This document shows, in pieces, positions 64,000 to 64,000 of a DNA stretch of 64,000 nt (position 1 is the stretch's first letter; the number at the start of each line of letters is the position of its first letter). A program made the translations under genes and the position numbers. Location of the stretch: IMG/VR virus record IMGVR_UViG_3300025133_009608, positions 252,665 to 316,664 of that record; one strand, given 5' to 3'. The notes beneath the pieces were generated by a model that saw only the letters and a program-made list of their open reading frames with translations, was not told where the DNA came from and made no database searches.

Positions 64000-64000
64000 G

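Noticed and set aside
1-64000. Alternative genetic code (TAG or TGA read-through)
   Set aside because: Standard-code ORFs tile the window with up to 3472 codons, and TAA, TAG and TGA all end genes at sensible points.
1-64000. CRISPR arrays, tRNAs, inteins, introns, transposases
   Set aside because: Intergenic gaps are all under about 100 nt, and no diagnostic repeats or motifs were seen by eye.

Overview
The window looks like a gene-dense, almost entirely minus-strand segment of a very large tailed phage (jumbo or huge myovirus-like) read with the standard genetic code. All calls come from motif recognition by eye; no database search was run. From the right end in transcription order: (1) a tail and baseplate morphogenesis block at about 24.8-64 kb, with a probable tape measure, tube-fold initiator, hub, spike, two large unknown proteins (one with a very hydrophobic segment), gp25, baseplate J, a 3472-aa wedge protein and a 1517-aa fibre-attachment-type protein; (2) a directly adjacent 17.4-kb island of soluble glycan-synthesis genes, with 7 glycosyltransferase-like genes, WbpB/WbpE/WbpD-like enzymes, a split amidotransferase, a methyltransferase, two sulfotransferases, a dehydrogenase and an epimerase, followed by cysteine synthase and a eukaryotic-type phosphomannomutase; (3) an accessory region at 1-7.3 kb with glmS, a LOG-family protein and ADP-ribosyltransferase-like genes. 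The most striking observation is a 12-residue motif, R-x-x-x-[IL]-x-x-L-x-K-x-[AS]. It forms the N-terminus of three separate genes and recurs three more times inside a 1128-aa protein, each time at a boundary between effector-like domains (ART, Nudix, ART plus ParB-like, HsdS-like). This suggests a tag-and-cleave system for packaging a processed effector polyprotein into the virion (inference). No tRNA, rRNA, CRISPR array or transposon was seen.
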